Below, piece by piece: positions 62,137 to 64,000 of a stretch of DNA of 64,000 nt. Positions within the stretch are counted from its first letter, which is position 1; each line of letters starts with the position of its first letter. Location of the stretch: positions 16,926,001 to 16,990,000 of the forward strand of contig CATNEN010000001.1 in NCBI GenBank assembly GCA_950097015.1, written 5' to 3'. The notes beneath the pieces are model-generated. The model was given only the letters and a program-made list of their open reading frames with translations. It was not told where the DNA came from and ran no database searches. Origin of the DNA: Macrostomum hystrix (Eukaryota > Animalia > Platyhelminthes). The translations under genes were made by a program, and so were the position numbers.

Positions 62137-62870
62137 GGGGATTTGAGGTGGATTCTTCATTGATTTGGGATGGGTTTGCTTAGGGATTTGAGGTGGATTC
62201 TTCAGTGATTTGGGATGGGTTCACTTGGGGATTTGAGGTGGATTCTTCAGTGATTTGGGATGGGTTTGCTTAGGGATTTAAGGTGGATTCTTCAGTGATT
62301 TGGGATGGGTTTGCTTAGGGATTTGAGGTGGATTCTTCAGTGATTTGGGATGGGTTCACTTGGGGATTTGAGGTGGATTCTTCAGTGATTTGGGATGGGT
62401 TCACTTGGGGATTTGAGGTGGATTCTTCAGTGATTTGGGATGGGTTCACTTGGGGAATTGAGGTGGATTCTTCAGTGATTTGGGGTGGGTTCACTTGGAG
62501 ATTTGAGGTGGATTCTTCAGTGATTTGGGATGCGTTCACTTGGAGATTTGAGGTGGATTCTTCAGTGATTTGGGATGCGTTCACTTGGAGATTTGAGGTG
62601 GATTCTTCAGTGATTTGGGATGCGTTCACTTGGAGATTTGAGGTGGATTCTTCAGTGATTTGGGATGCGTTCACTTGGAGATTTGAGGTGGATTCTTCAG
62701 TGATTTAGGATGGGTTCACTTGGGGAATTGAGGTGGATTCTTCGGGGATTTGGTATGAGTTCACTTCGGGATTTGAGGTGGATTCTTCTGGGATTTGGTA
62801 TGAGTTCACTTCGGGATTTGAGGTGGATTCTTCTGGGATTTGAGGTGGATTCTTCAGGGATTTGAGGTTG
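62137..62870. repeat. 42 bp repeat (GATTTGAGGTGGATTCTTCAGTGATTTGGGATGGGTTCACTT)
   Basis: Directly visible. Confidence 0.93.
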
Positions 62871-63052
62871 GTTCGCTAAGGGATTTAGGTGTTCTGTAAG
62901 ATATTGAGATCGACAATTGGTAGGAATCAAGGTGACATTTCGAAAGGTTTTGCAGCATAGAAATAGCAAAAGGCATCAAGATTAGGAAATTAAGGATTAA
63001 CAAAAAAGCGAGAGAAAAAGCGGATACAATGTAAGTCTACGCAAAGAATAGT

Positions 63053-63214
63053 TTAAAACACAAAATTTTGAACAGAATCCGGCTTTTCGCGTGGCGCTTT
63101 CGGCAGCTCTTCCTCGGCTGGCAATCGCTTGTAGCTGCCGGAGGAATTCCTGCTAGTGGAGCGACGCCCAACACCAGCGGAGCTACGGCGACCTTCGACC
63201 AGGCAGGCTATGAT
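63053..63214 (-). CDS. Candidate terminal coding exon of a gene extending beyond the window (IIACLVEGRR...SGSYKRLPAEEELPKAPREKPDSVQNFVF*)
   Basis: GC-rich island, pyrimidine tract plus AG acceptor on the minus strand, 54-codon frame to TAA, flanked by an intron-type repeat. No homology recognised. Confidence 0.4.
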   Translation of the reverse strand: MIACLVEGRRSSAGVGRRSTSRNSSGSYKRLPAEEELPKAPREKPDSVQNFVF

Positions 63215-63295
63215 CTTCAAGGTGGGAGGGCGATTCGCACAATTCGGCTTGTGTTGAGAAATAATTTTCAATTATTTGAAAATCGAAGTGAAGTT

Positions 63296-63540
63296 TAGGA
63301 TTTGAGGTGGTAGTCAGTGTACATTAGAGTTTGAGGTGGTAGTCAGTGTACATTAGATTTTGAGGTGGTAGTCAATGTACATTAGGGTTAGAGGTGAAAG
63401 TCAGTTTACATACATTAGGGTTAGAGGTGGTAGTCAGTGTACATTAGAGTTTGAGGTGGTAGTCAGTGTACATTAGAGTTTGAGGTGGTAGTCAGTTTAC
63501 ATTAGCGTTAGAGGTGGTAGCCTGTGTAAATTAGAGTTTG
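63296..63540. repeat. 30 bp repeat (TTAGAGTTTGAGGTGGTAGTCAGTGTACA-like)
   Basis: Directly visible. Confidence 0.85.
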
Positions 63541-64000
63541 CACTACATTTTAATCTGAAAAAGTGTTAGTTTACACTTTACAGTTTACAAATACATTTTA
63601 AGAACTGTTGTTCGTCTACTTTATCCTTACCGTGTGCTAGTTATCTGATTGGTTGAGGCTTTTATTGTACATACTTTCTGCTCCTCTTTAAGTGATTTTA
63701 TTACGACCCCCGTAATTTTATTGTGACACTGCCCCCAACCCTCCTGCAAATAATAATATTAATAATAATAATTAATAATAATAATAATCGAAATACTTTT
63801 TGGATTTTAAAAGCTAGCTCAACTTCGCTAAAAAAATAAAGTGACCCTGAATTAGGCCCTGTCTGAATAGAAACGAAAATACTGTAACAAAAAGAGATCT
63901 CTTCACCGTGTGCGTGGTTTACTCCATTCCTCTATATTAGGAATATGAGGCGATGAGACAATATCGCATGCTATACTTTTAATCAATTTTTCACCTACTC

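Overview
This is eukaryotic (animal) genomic DNA with GT-AG introns packed with short tandem repeats. That style is reminiscent of the flatworm Macrostomum, but the taxon is only an inference. Four complete intron-containing genes could be rebuilt by hand with phase-consistent splice junctions. One is an UNC-5-type netrin receptor (+, 21542-37746, 12 coding exons, ~1028 aa; Ig-Ig-TSP1-TSP1-TM-ZU5-UPA-Death). The other three form a cluster of paralogous Amt-family ammonium transporters (-/+/-, 39141-60528) sharing their core intron positions and a conserved C-terminal tail motif. Two candidate terminal exons of neighbouring genes lie at the window edges. Almost all long ORFs in the track are artefacts of about 35 tandem-repeat arrays. 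Mobile DNA includes a CORE-like tRNA-SINE, a second tRNA-SINE family (one full and two partial copies) and a nested foldback/MITE-like element. There is no CRISPR array, rRNA or intact tRNA. The most unusual signals are a palindromic TGTCTAACAG(G) core reused in several different arrays, arrays that abut splice sites, a tandem array of Pol III B-boxes, inverted related repeats flanking an Amt exon, and a copied exon-acceptor fragment. No clearly novel system is demonstrable from sequence alone.
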